DNA of 64,000 bases from Camelus dromedarius (Eukaryota). This document shows, piece after piece, positions 23,923 through 36,288 of this stretch. The notes under the pieces were generated by a model. That model searched no databases. It worked only from the letters and a program-made list of their open reading frames with translations, and was not told where the DNA came from. Location: contig NC_087436.1 of NCBI RefSeq assembly GCF_036321535.1, positions 38,318,001 to 38,382,000 of the forward strand. Reading direction: 5' to 3'. Position 1 is the stretch's first letter; each line of letters begins with the position of its first letter. The position numbers and the translations under genes are program-made.

Positions 23923-26900
23923 TTTTTTTAACATTTTTTATTTATTTATAATCATTTTACAATGCTGTGTCAAATTCCAGTGTAGAGCACAATTTTTCAG
24001 TTATACATGAACATATGTATATTCATTGTCACATTTTTTCCTGTGAGCTACCATAAGATCTTGTGTATATTTCCCTCTGCTATACAGTATAATCTTGTTT
24101 ATCTATGCTACAATTTTGAAATACCGTCTATCCCTTCCCACCCTCCACCCCCTTGGCAACCACAACTTTGTATTCTATGTCTATGAGTCTGTTTGTTTTG
24201 TATTTATGCTTTGTTTGTTTATTTTTGTTTTTGTTTTTGTTTTTTAGATTCCACATATGAGCGATCTCATATGGTATTTTTCTTTCTCTTTCTGGCTTAC
24301 TTCACTTAGAATGACATTCTCCAGGAGCATCCATGTTGCTGCAAATGGCATTATGTTGTCAATTTTTATGGCTGAGTAGTATTCCATTGTACAAATATAC
24401 CACACCTTCTTTATCCAGTCATCCATTGACAGACATTTAGACTGTCTCCATGTCTTGGCTACTGTAAATAGTGCTGCTATGAACACTGGGGTGCAGGTGT
24501 CATCCTGAAGTAGGGTTCCTTCTGGATATATGCCCAGGAGCAGGATTCCTGGGTCAAATGGTAAGTCTAATCCTAGTCTTTTGAGGAATCTCCATACTGT
24601 TTTCCACAGAGGCTGCACCAAACTGCATTCCCACCAGCAGTGTAGGAGGGTTCCCCTTTCTCCACAGCCTCTCCAGCATTTGTCATTTGTGGATTTTTGA
24701 ATGATGGCCATTCTGACTGGTGTGAGGTGATACCTCACTGTAGTTTGGATTTGCATTTCTCTGATAATTAGTGATATTGAGCATTTTTTCATGTGCCTAT
24801 TGATCATTTGTATGTCTTCCTTGGAGAATTGCTTGTTTAGGTCTTTCACCCATCTTTGGATTAGGTTGTTGTTTTTTTTCTTATTAAGTCGTACAAGATG
24901 CTTATATATTCTGGAGATCAAGACTTTGTCAGTTTCATTTGCAAAAATTTTCTCCCATTCCTTAGGTTGTCTTTTTGTTTTACTTATGGTTTCCTTTGCT
25001 GTGCAGAAGCTTGTAAGTTTCATTAGGTCCCATTTGTTTATGCTTGCTTTTATTTCTATTGCTTGGGTAGACTGCCCTAGGAGAACATTTTTGAGATGTA
25101 TGTGAGATAATGTTTTGCCTATATTTTCTCCTAGGAGGTTTATTGTATCTTGTCTTATGTTTAAGTCTTTGCTCCATTTCGAGTTGATTTTTGTGTATGG
25201 TGTAAGGGAGTGTTCTAGCTTCACTGATTTACATGCTGCTGTCCAGTTTTCCCAACACCATTTGCTGAAGAGACAGTCTTTATTTCATTGTATATTCTTG
25301 CCTCCTTTGTCGAATATTAGTAGACCAAAAGTTTGTGGGTTCATTTCTGGGCTCTCTGTTCTGTTCCATTGGTCTATATATCTGTTTTTGTACCAATACC
25401 GTGCTGTCTTGATGACTGTGGCTCTATAGTATCGTCTGAAGTCTAAGAGAGTTATTCCTCCAGCCTCTTTCTTTCTCTTCAGTAATGCTTTGGCAATTCT
25501 AGGTCTTTGATGGTTCCATATAAATTTTAATATGATTTGTTCTAGTTCTGTGAAATATGTCCTGGGTAATTTGATAGGGATTGCATTAAATCTGTAGATT
25601 GCCTTGGGCAGTGTGACCATTTTAACAATATTGATTCTTCCAATCCAAGAGCATGGGATATCTTTCCATTTTTTAAAGTCTTCTTTAATTTCCTTCATCA
25701 ATGGTTTACACTTTTCTGTGCATAATTCTTTCACCTCCTTGGTTAGATTTATTCCTAGGTATTTTATTACTTTGGGTGCTATTTTAAAGGTGATTGTTTC
25801 TTACTTTCTTATTCTGTTAATTCATTGTTAGTGTAAAGAAATGCAACTGACTTTTGAATGTTAATCTTGTAACCTGCTACCTTGCTGAATTCTTTGATCA
25901 GCTCTAGTAGTTTTTGTGTGGAACTTTTAGGGTTTTCTATATACAGTAACATGTCATCGGCATATAGTGACACTTTTACCTCTTCTTTTCCAATTTGGAT
26001 CCCTTTTATTTCGCTCTCTTGCCTGACTGCTGTGGCTAGGACTTCCAAGTCTATGTTGAATAGGAGTGGTGATAGTGGGCATCTTTGTCTTGTCCCAGAT
26101 TTTAGTGGGAAGCTTTTGAGTTTTTCACCATTGAGTACTATGCTGGCTGTAGGTTTGTCATATATAGCTTTTATGATGTTGAGATATGTTCCCTCTGTAC
26201 CCACTTTGGTGAGAGTTTTTATCATAAATGGGTGTTGAATTTTATCAAATGCTTTTTCTACATCTATTGAGATGATCATGTGGTTTTTGTCCTTCCTCTT
26301 GTTGATGTGATGTATTACATTGATTGCGTATGTTGAACCAACCTTGTGTCCCTGCAATGAACCCCATTTGATCATGATGTATAATCTTTTTTATGTGCTG
26401 TTGGATTCTATTTGCTAGTATTCTGGTAAGGATTTTGGCATCTATGTTCATCAGTGATACTGGTCTCTAATTCTCTTTTTTGGTGGTGTCTTTGCCTGGT
26501 TTTGGTATTAGGGTGATGGTGGCTTCATAGAATGAGTTTGGGAGTATTCCCTCCTTTTCAATCTTCTGGAAGAGTTTGAGAAGGACTGGTATGAGTTCTT
26601 CTTTGTATGTTTGGTAGAATTCCTCAGTGAAGCCATCCGGTCCTGGACTTCTATTTGTAGGGAGGTTTTTTATTGCTAATTCGATTTCATCTCTAGTGAC
26701 CAGTTTGTTCAAGTGGTCAGTTTCTTCCTGATTCAGTCTTGGTGGACTGTATGTTTCCAGAAACTTGTCCACCTCCTCTAGGTTATCCAGTTTGGTTCCA
26801 TATAGTTTTTCATAATATTCTCATATGATATTCTGTATTTCTATTTTATTTGCTGCACTTTCTCCATTTTCCTTTCTTATTTTGCTAATTTGTGCTCTTT

Positions 26901-28395
26901 TTTCTTCTTTGTGAGTTTGGCCAGAGGTTTGTCGATTTTATTTACTTTTTCAAAAAACCAGCTTTTGGTTTGATTGACTTTTTCTATGGTTTTTTAACCT
27001 CTATTTTATTTATTTCCTCCCTGATCTTTATAATTTCCTTCCTTCTGCTGCCTTTTGGGGTTTTTTTGTTCTTCTTTTTCTAGTTCTTTTAGTTGGTGGG
27101 TTAAATTGTTTATTTGAGATTGTTCTTCTTTTTTGAGGAAGGCCTGTATCACTGTAAACTTCCCTCTTAGCACTGCCTTTGCTGTGTCCCACAGATTTTG
27201 AGTGGTTGTGTTTTCATTGTCATTTGTCTCAAGGTATTGTTTAATTTCAGCTTTGATTTCCTCACTGACCCATTGGTTTTTTAATAGCATACTGTCTAAT
27301 CTCCATGCTTTCCTTTTTTTTCTCCTTTGTTTCTCTGTTGTTGATTTCTGGTTTCATGGTATTGTGGTCAGTAAAGATGCTTGAGATAATTTCTATCTTC
27401 TTAAAATTGTTGAGGTTTCTTTTGTGCCCAAGTACATGATCAATCCTAGAAAATGTTCCATGTGCACTTGAAAAGAATGTATATCCTATTTTGGGGGGGT
27501 GTAATGCTCTGAAAATATCCACCAAATCTAATTTTTCTATTGTATTATTTAGTTTCTCTGTTACTTTATTTATTTTCTGTCTGGAAGATCTGTCTAGTGA
27601 TGTTAACGCAGTGTTAAAATCTCCAACTATGATTGCATTCCCATCAATATCTTTATCTCTGTTAGTTTTATGTATTTAGGTGCTCCTATATTGGGTGCAT
27701 ATATATTAACGAGTGTAATATCCTCAACTTGTATCACTCCTTTAATCATTATAAAATGTCCTTCTTTACCTTTCTTTATGGCCTTTGTTTTAAAGTCTAT
27801 TTTGTCTGAAATCAGTACTGCGACACCTGCTTTTTTGGCTTTTCCATTTGCATGGAATATCCTTTTCCATCCTTTTACTCTCAATCTATATGTGTCCTTC
27901 TCCCTAAAGTGGGTCTCTTGTATGCAGCATATTGAAGGTTCTTGCTTTATTTTCCAGTCTGCCACTCTATGTCTTTTGACTGGAGCATTTAGTCCATTAA
28001 CATTTACACTAATTAATGATAGATGTGTGTTTATTGCCATTTTGAATTTATCTTTGCAGTTGATTTGGTATTTCTTATTTGTTCCTTTCTTCTTCCTTTT
28101 GTGGTTTGGTAATTTTCCTTTGTATTATCATGAATTTTATTTAGTTTTTGTGACTCCCTTGTAAGTTTTTGGCTTGTGGTTACCCTTTTCTGTAAGTCTA
28201 TTAGCCCATTACTATATCTCGAACCCATCCTACTGAAAACAAAAAATTTAAAAAAGAAAAAAAATACTCTACATTTTCTTGCTTCCCTCTCCCACCTTAA
28301 TGATTTCGATGTCTTCTTTTACAATTTCGTGTTTATTTTCTTTGTAATTCATGAGTTATCTATCACCTTTCCAGTTATGAGTTTCTCATTTCTGT
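23923..28395 (-). mobile_element. Young 5'-truncated LINE-1, about 4.5 kb (inter-ORF spacer, ORF2, 3'UTR, A-tail)
   Basis: T-rich tail at 23922 onward. TSD catggattcaatttct (23907-23922) versus catgcattcaatttct (28396-28411), 15/16. Target reads TT/AGAA on the - strand. Confidence 0.97.
24244..28040 (-). pseudogene. Disrupted L1 ORF2p (endonuclease/reverse transcriptase)
   Basis: APE endonuclease start (SVNVNGLNAP, IQETH, SRIDH), Z-region (SPGPDGF), RT (SLYADDM) and C-terminal [18 protein letters not shown]. Split over 8 ORF-track fragments by frameshifts and stops. Confidence 0.96.
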
Positions 28396-29249
28396 CATGC
28401 ATTCAATTTCTAAAAACTCATTAAAGTATGTACTTTTACATATGCATATGGTACTTAAAAGTCTATGATGAAAAGTAATACCATTTGAGTAAAATGACAG
28501 GTCATTGTTTTGCCTAAGATCAAAGTAGTCTGAGCCTCCTGTCCATACCCTTCAAACACTATGATACCCTTGTCAAGCCCCTTCTCATTAATAACCAAAA
28601 GACTTTTTTTCATGAGGTAGAGAGACTCAATACCCACTATAAAACATTATTTCTTTGGAAATAACTGCTCTGTGGTTCCAGGAAATCAACATAAAATAGA
28701 AGTTATGAGAATAAAATCTGATCCTAAGTTGGGGACCACTGGCTTTAATATTTAATAGAGTTAAATATAGAATTACTGTTTAGGGCAACATGATAGTAAA
28801 GGTAGCAAATACTATGAGGAAACAAAATACATATTTTTAACCACAAAAATTTGGAGGGGCCTACTATGACATTTTCACAAGTTTCCTATTCTTTAAGAGC
28901 TATCCAAGTAACAAATATATTTTATGCCATTTCACGATGGAAAAGTATAGGGAATAAAACGCCTGGTAAATCTGAAAGCTAAATGATCACACATCAAATC
29001 AGCCTTCCAAGAAACTTTGGAAATTAATGTATTTAAGAATGCCAAGAATGTTTTGGATTAAAGGAGATCACAGTTACTGATGTGTTGAAAGGTTCATTTG
29101 AGGTTTTTAGAAGATTTTGAGCCAAGTTTATTTTTTGAAAGTGTGTCTAAAAACTTTCATTCCTCTGAAACTCTGCTGAATCTTTTAAAAGTATAACTAT
29201 CACCCAAATGAAAAATAAATGTCTCCATATAAAACAACTTTTATTTCCT

Positions 29250-29375
29250 TCCTTCATCCAACCATTCATTCAGCCATCTGTCGACCCCCTTCTAAGTGCC
29301 AGGTACCATATTACAAGCTAAACATGCAGGGATAAATAAAACATGGTCCTTGCCATGAAGCACTTCTCAATCCAA
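29250..29375 (-). mobile_element. L2 3' tail
   Basis: 'cattcattcagccatctg...aagtgccagg...aataaaacatggtccttgcc'. Confidence 0.6.
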
Positions 29376-29469
29376 GATTAACACTATGACATAATGTGAA
29401 GAGTTATAGCTGAAAACCAAAACTGTTGAATACCATGATGTAAAATGTAATTTCTTGAGAGTCATATTA

Positions 29470-29620
29470 TCATAGTAGCTAACATTTTTTGAGTGCTTAT
29501 TATGTGTCAGACATAGAAACTGAGATTCCAACAGATTGAGTCAAGTATCCAATGTCACCAAGCTAGTAATTCCAACTCAAGCTGTGTGTGTCCAGAGTCC
29601 TTATTCAAGACTGTTACATT
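29470..29620 (-). mobile_element. MIR fragment
   Basis: 'agtagctaacattttttgagtgcttattatgtgtcag...gaaactgag...gtcaccaagctagtaa'. Confidence 0.7.
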
Positions 29621-32600
29621 AAATTAACCTTGAGATCCACTGAAACATGGACAATGGCTGCTAAAAAACAACTTCCAAGTAACTACTAGAGACGGTAACG
29701 CTAGGTTTTCACTCTAAAGAACTGTCCTTTTTTGTGGCATGACTATTTATCCTTCACATTCTAATTCAGTTCCCAGAGGACTATTTTTTACCTGGATTCA
29801 TACTGTCTAGACTTATACATCAAGTCTAAGGGTTAAATGACTAACTTAATTCAATGTGTTATCTTTAAAAAGAAAAAGCTTTTTTCTGTGCCCTGGCTTG
29901 TGCAATCAAACTGCCTCCTGTTTCAGCATTCTAAACTGTGGGTGTGCTCAGTGGTTTCCTGACAGCCTGAGGTCAGGGAGGTGGGTAAGGAAGACTGTTC
30001 CCCTTCAACTTTGGTCCACCCACCCCCTTTCTGGGCTCTCGGGTGCCCCCATTTACAAGGCTGAATGCCCAACAACAGAACCTCATTACCACAGATGCAG
30101 ACCTTCACATGGGGGCATGGGTCACATTAGCTCCTTTGTTCTGTGAATTTTCTAAAACATTCGGTCTCTTTCAATTTCCCCCATCTTTCTCCTCGGCTTG
30201 CCCTCCCTCTTCCTTCTGCAAATCCACCCCTTTCTGCCTTGATGTGTTTCCCCTATTATTCTGCTTTCCCTGCAAAACAAAACTTAGCAAGTAGGCACAC
30301 AGTAAAAATTCTAATGGTTGTTTGAGCTAGATGTGATGCTGTGCAAAGCAGATGGGAAATTAGCAACTTCCTCCTGCTAAGAGGACCACAGATATCTCTG
30401 CAAATGTCCTAACAGACACAACAGACCTTGCTAAGATCTCTGGTGTTGGCAAGACTACTTCAGAGGGACACTAGGAAGAGTTCTCACCATCCCATGAGAG
30501 GCCTGTTCTCATGGAGAATTGGGGTACACACCATTGGTACAATATGGCGAAGTTAATACAGCAGCATCTGCCTTCCCTGCATTCATCATGCTGCTGCTTC
30601 ATGATGCATGCATGGGATGAATGCAGAGGTAAGCTAATGTGATGACGGTGCAATCAGAAGGCATCATATAACCTAACATGGCTTGTTTCCAATGCAGGCT
30701 TTTCCTACCTCACTTTTATACCACAATCTTTTCTGATAGAAACAACAACATTTCTGCTTATGGATATGGGTATTCATGCTCCCTATCCTGCAAGTTAATG
30801 TCATGAACAGCAACTGTCACCAGTCTATCCCAGTGAAAGATCACCAAATCACATTTCAGGAAAGACCTCTGGAAGATGGTGAAGTACTAAACATGCTCTA
30901 AACATAAAACATCAGAAAATAGTTACAATATCATGTGTGTTTACCTACACCAGAAGTCCCTGCTGAAGTCTAAATTCCTGAGGAGCAGGACATTATATAA
31001 GTAAAAAAAATGTATCATAGCAGCTAAAGATAATCTTATGTCCAAGATACAGAAAAGAGAAGTGAATACACATTTAAGAATATGTAATGAAACAGCATAA
31101 TGACTTCTGTCACTTAGCCAGTATCTACTCTTGCATAGCTACTGAATGCACCGAACTGAAATCTCCCTAGTGATACATAAAGAGAAACAAAATTAATTAT
31201 TGGATGGCAAGGTTGAAAGATGAATTTGGGATTTTCAGAAGCAATTTTATTACTGTTTCTTTTCATTGTTAATTAATTGCTTGGTATTCAGTTACTTTCC
31301 TATCTAAGAAAATTAAGTTAGAAAAAAAACTCTCAAATCTTGTGCTTTTTTTTTTTTTAAAGAAAGAGGAAGAAAGTGACACATTTTAAATTTTCTTTAA
31401 AAAACACAGAATGGGCTCCAAATAAAGGTCTCCTGGTGTTATTTTCTCCCATTCCCCAGTTTATGTTCCAAATGCCTTTCTTAACTTGGTGCATTTACAT
31501 TTTAAAGTAAATATTTGAAACTATTTTTATAAGCCGTTTTAATAGGCATCAATAAGTGGTCTTTGTAAAGAGATAATTTGAAAGAAAAGCCTCATAATGT
31601 TCCTCTTCACATAATACTTTCAGAGTTGTATTAAACAACTGAAAGCAGAAGATACTGAAGCTAAAAAAGTCTCTATGTAGTTACAATGAATAGGAAAGAT
31701 GTAGCATTTCTAATGGGGTTTGAACTATTTAGGGAGCAGAGTTTTTATCAGTTTCTTTCAAATGGTGAACTCCATTTGTGACTGCTTTTTCTTTTCACTT
31801 ACAATAACAATTTCCTGTACTTCTAAGCTGATCCTGAATATATCTGCGAAGTTTATATTCTGTGATGAAACAAATTTCCTGCTAAATCAGGATTTCTCTT
31901 CCCACTTTTTGATGTTGGTTTCCTTGATTGGATAAAAAAAAAAAAATAAGGAGCTGTCAATCTGTTTTCTTTTCAGGTCTTTTCTGTTCCTTTTGAAATT
32001 AGTTACAGCCTGCTTTTTGTAGCATCGTAACCAGCCTGACCTAATTTAATTACCATGACTTGTGTGGTTTAAAGATAAATACTTTTATTCAGTCTGTCTA
32101 CTTTGTGTATGTTTCCCTCCCTTTCATACAACCCTCTATATTTTAGCATTCAGAACCCTTGTTACTTCTTTTTTTATTGGGCTAACACAGAGTTAGTTTT
32201 TATAGTGGTGTCTATATTCACAAGTTTTCTTTGATGCCATGTTTGCTTTCTCCCTGCTTTGCTGTATCTGTGTCTGTGCTGGGAATCGTGGGCCTTTGTG
32301 GGATCCAGACTAAACATTCTTTGACTTGAATCACAGAGCATCACTACTGTATGTGTCTCTGGGCAGACCCAACTGCTCTAATTTAGAAACAGACGGGGCA
32401 AAAAGGAGACTGAAAGGAACATGGCAGGGACTTGGAGTTTAGAAACACTGTATTGAAAAATTTCAGTCCATAGAATGTACTACGAGGCCTAGGGAAAGAT
32501 TAGACATTCACTCAGGATATTTAAAAGGAAAACCTATTTCTGTTATTTCAGATTCACTGCAAGTCTAAAGGGAATGCTTACCATTTTACTGGTTCTTTCT

Positions 32601-34021
32601 TCCTGAGCGAAGAAGCCATGCAGAAAGATTTTCACAGTAAAAAGGTGGCGAGCTGTGGCTATGGAGCTATGTGCTCTAATAAAATGAACATCATCATAAC
32701 AAGGGTAGGGAATAACTGGCATTAGGGTCTCATGGGGGAGTGTTTAGATTGATTGGAGTTAATCTATTAACCTCCTTGAGCTCACTTGATATGTGCCATC
32801 TGAGAGAGTCCTTTATTTTTCACAGAAAGGAACATATGCTGAATACTTATGGGGAATAAAACCAAGTGTAAAATTAGATCTGAATCCTGAACAGATTGTG
32901 TCTTGCTACAGGTGTTGTATAGCCCTTTGCCCGCCCCTACAGACCCTTCTCTTAAAAAAGTTTCCCACAGCACGGTGCCTTTGCAAATTGTCCCACAGAA
33001 AACGTGAATGGGGCCTATTCTGCCACATGCAACGCCATCTGAAATGGCACAAAAACCTGCTGTTCCACACAACAGACCATTCTACTTAAAAAAAAAAAAG
33101 TCAGAAAAAAATTCAAGAATGCTGTTTCCCTTCACAAACTAGTTTGCTTGGGTACATGAAAAGAGATTTTTATCTTGCAAATGAAGTAAAAAAAATTACG
33201 AAGACATCATTAAGGAAAAACGTTCTATCTGAATCGTACAAATGATATTGTACTCTAAACAAACAGAAGGAGGCTTTTTTGTAAATGCCAAAAGCTAAAA
33301 CCCTGCAGATTAGCAATGAAACAGTTTCATTACCTCAATTTTAACAATGCACTAAAATTGCCAAGAAAACAGTTTCCTGCCACATCGGTCTTTAGTCAGT
33401 AACAAATCCCTTTAAACGAATCTTTATCCACGGACTACTGAGCATAAATATTACATAAATGTCATAAAACAATGCTAAAAATCCCACCACAGGAGGTCAC
33501 AGTTTATACCAAATTATTAGTATTCTCATGTTACATTTAATTTGGGGAAGCAGGTATCTCTGTAGCATCTTAAGCTGTTTATGGTTAATACTGAATACTT
33601 TTTTCCTCAGCCCTCTATAAGATATAGCTCCTTTGTTCACTAGAGTCAAAGATGTAAAAAACTTCATTTCTGAGTTAATAATGGTGATATTTATTAATCA
33701 CAGAAAGTACAACAGAAGCCTGATACCAACCAAATACTACCACTGAAGAGGGGGCCACTTTCTAAGAGGGAACAGAGACTACATACACAGAATTCACAAA
33801 ACTGTGGAAAGCATTTCATACTTAGACAGCAGATACCAAGCTATATAATTTTGAACTGCATACAGTTTGAGATAAAAGTATATGATTTTCAATGGTGACT
33901 ACCAATCATCTCCAATTTAACTAATATAATTTAGCCAAAATTTAAATATTGATATAGCCATTTTTTATTTATTAATTTTTCCAGTTTGTGGCCAGTTTCA
34001 GAAGGACTATCCACAGCCTTA

Positions 34022-34310
34022 CTTTTTTATTTTTACTTTTATTGTTGTATAGTCAGTTTACAATGTTGTGTCAATTTCTGGTGTACAGCATAAAGTTTGA
34101 GTCATACACGTACATACATATATTCTTCTTCATATTGTTTTTCATTATAGGTTACTACAAGACACTGAATATATTCTCTGTGCTATACAATAGGACCTTA
34201 TTGCTTATCTGTTTTATATATAGTAGTCAGTATCTGCAAATCTTGAACTCTCAATTTATCCCTTCCCATCTCCTTTCCCCCCTAATAATCATAAGTTTGT
34301 TTTCTGTGTC
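34022..34310 (-). mobile_element. Short L1 3'UTR insertion (cetartiodactyl-type subfamily)
   Basis: T-rich tail followed by 'gtatagtcagtttacaatgttgtgtcaatttctggtgtacagca...tgtgctataca...cataagtttgttttctg'. TSD tccacagcctta (34010-34021) versus tccagaggctta (34311-34322), 10/12. Confidence 0.88.
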
Positions 34311-34399
34311 TCCAGAGGCTTATTTTAAGACAGCATATAAATAAATTAGCACTAGCACTACAAAAAAAAAAACAGTAAATACAGTAAGATCAGAATAAA

Positions 34400-35110
34400 G
34401 GCATCTTAATTATTGCTAGAGTATACAAAAAGAGGCTATAACTATCCCAACAAAATTTTTTCCTGAAATTTATGTGAATTATCACACATTAGAATTCTAA
34501 AATAAAGATATTAATGGGAAATTTTGAACTACTGTTAAAATATAACAGAGCTAGAACAATCAAGTGTTCGTTTTTGATTTAGAGATAGTCTAAACAGTAA
34601 AAAAAGAAAAAATTAGTCCAAAAATAGAATCAACTATGTATAAAATTTGGTTTATAAAAATTGGCAAAATTTCTAACAGTAGAAAAAAAAGTTTATTCCA
34701 TAAATGAAGTGAGGATAACTAGCCAATCTTTGGGGGGGAAATAAATTGAATTCCTACATCACTCTCTTCAGCAAAATTAATTCCATGGATAAAAAACTTA
34801 AAGTCTAAGGAAAAGAAAAAGAGAAACTAGCCATTGAAGCACAGAAGGAAAATGTGCCTTTTTAAATAATCTTGGCATGGGGAAACCCTTTTTAAGCAAG
34901 ACTAAAAACAAGAAATAATACAAAACAATATTGATCATGGTGACCACGTAACTGTGAAATGTCATAAAGTTAAAACATACTTTAAAATTTAGGAGAAAAT
35001 ATTACAAAATAATGAAAAAAAGGAGATTTTATATCTGAAGCATACAAGAGAATTTACAGTAAGAAAAGGTGAACATTCCAAGAGAAAACTGAAGGAAGCA
35101 CATAGTCAAT
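34400..35110 (+). mobile_element. Decayed old L1 ORF2 fragments
   Basis: A-rich, with 'ttgaattcctacatcactc...caaaattaattcca' and 'ataatcttggcatggggaaacccttttt'. Confidence 0.55.
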
Positions 35111-35119
35111 TCAATTGAT

Positions 35120-35360
35120 ACAGCTAATAATAATAATAATGGATGAGCTACAAGCTCAGTGCTGAACAAATTAGATGCAATATATCACTGAATTATCACA
35201 AGAAATGTATAAAATTTGCACATACTATTATCCCAGTGTTGTAGATAAGAGAGTTGAAGCTCAGAAAGTCCAATATCCAAATGTATACAATTAAAGAGTA
35301 ATAGAGCAGGGACTTGATTCGTCAGACTCCTGAACTTGTTCTCTTAATTACTGTACAGTA
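35120..35360 (-). mobile_element. MIR
   Basis: 'tactattatcccag...tagataagagagttgaagctcagaaag...gagcagggacttga...gactcc'. Confidence 0.6.
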
Positions 35361-35409
35361 ACACCTCCCATAAATAAATACTTAAGTCTGATTCCTTGGT
35401 TCTCCATTT

Positions 35410-35526
35410 AAGTTTCCAAGGACCAGCAGCAGAATCTAAGCCCCCATCCCAGACCCACTGAATCAGAATCTGCCTTTTAACAAGTTCCCATTGATTCTTA
35501 TGCACTTTAAACTTTGATAAGCACTA
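35410..35526. mobile_element. MER5A-like hAT element
   Basis: 'ggaccagcagca...ccccatcccagacccactgaatcagaatctgc...ttttaacaag...gattcttatgcactttaaactttgataagcact'. Confidence 0.8.
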
Positions 35527-35809
35527 GTGCTTATCAGACTTTGATAATCATTAACTTTAATTAATAAAATTAATCAAAAATATTTTTAAAATTATTTTTC
35601 ACTGGTGTAGATGAAAACGATAGTGGGTAGGGTTGGGAGAACTAGGGGTGGGGTGGGAAGAGAAAAGTCACAGGGTAAATGTGCAGTTCAAAACCTTTGG
35701 AGGAATTTTAAGTAATTTTGTTGATATGCAACAAATTTAAAATGGGTTTGACTTTGTAAGCTCATTTCTAAGAATTAATCTTAATTGGAAAGGGTCCAAA
35801 GAGGTACAC

Positions 35810-36288
35810 TGTATTAGTTTCCTGTTATGCTGTGACATTTATCTACAAACTTAATGACTTAAAAGACAAATTTACTAAGAACACAAATTTACTATCTTAC
35901 ATTTCTGAAGGTCAGAAGTTCTAAAATGGGTTTACAGAACTAAAATGAAGGTGTCAGCAGTGCTGCATTCTTTCTGGGGATTCTAGGGTAGATCTATGTC
36001 TTTGCCTTTTCCAGATTTTAGAGGTTACTTGTTTTCCTTTGCTCATGGCTCCTTACCCCCATCTTCAAAGCCAATAGTGTAGCTTCTTCAAATCCCACCC
36101 CCAACCCTCTCCCCTCAGACACTAAGGCTCCTATCTCCCTCTTACAAGCACTTGTGATTATATTGTACCACCTAGATAATCCAGGATAAACTTTCATCAT
36201 AACATCTTTAACTTAATCATACCTACAGAGTCCCATTCCAATATTAGTAAGGGGAGGTATTTGGAGGTCCATTATTCTGTCTACCTTA
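35810..36288 (-). mobile_element. MLT1C/D-like MaLR solo LTR
   Basis: 'tgtattagtttcct...aaggtcagaagt...aaggtgtcagcag...ccattattctgtctacc'. Near-TSD tacac/gacac. Inserted in old L1 3' sequence (about 35590-36680). Confidence 0.85.

Larger units (their letters stand above)
19930..28455 (+). mobile_element. Old L1M ORF2-to-3'UTR scaffold broken by four later insertions (pieces about 19930-20680, 21747-21836, 22425-23149, 23616-23922, 28412-28455)
   Basis: Pieces stay collinear with L1 across each insertion: 'ttaccatgttcatgaattgaa', 'tagattcaatgtaccccaatcaaa', 'aagaatagacaaac', 'gataaattggactactttaaaatt', 'aagaatgttcacagcagtac', and the 3'UTR 'gggagcttctgg...ttcaatttc|taaaaactcatt'. Confidence 0.8.

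Noticed and set aside
24791..28424. Plus-strand ORFs of 60-164 aa overlapping the large L1
   Set aside because: They are antisense shadows of L1 ORF2 and its spacer, hydrophobic only because the strand is T-rich.
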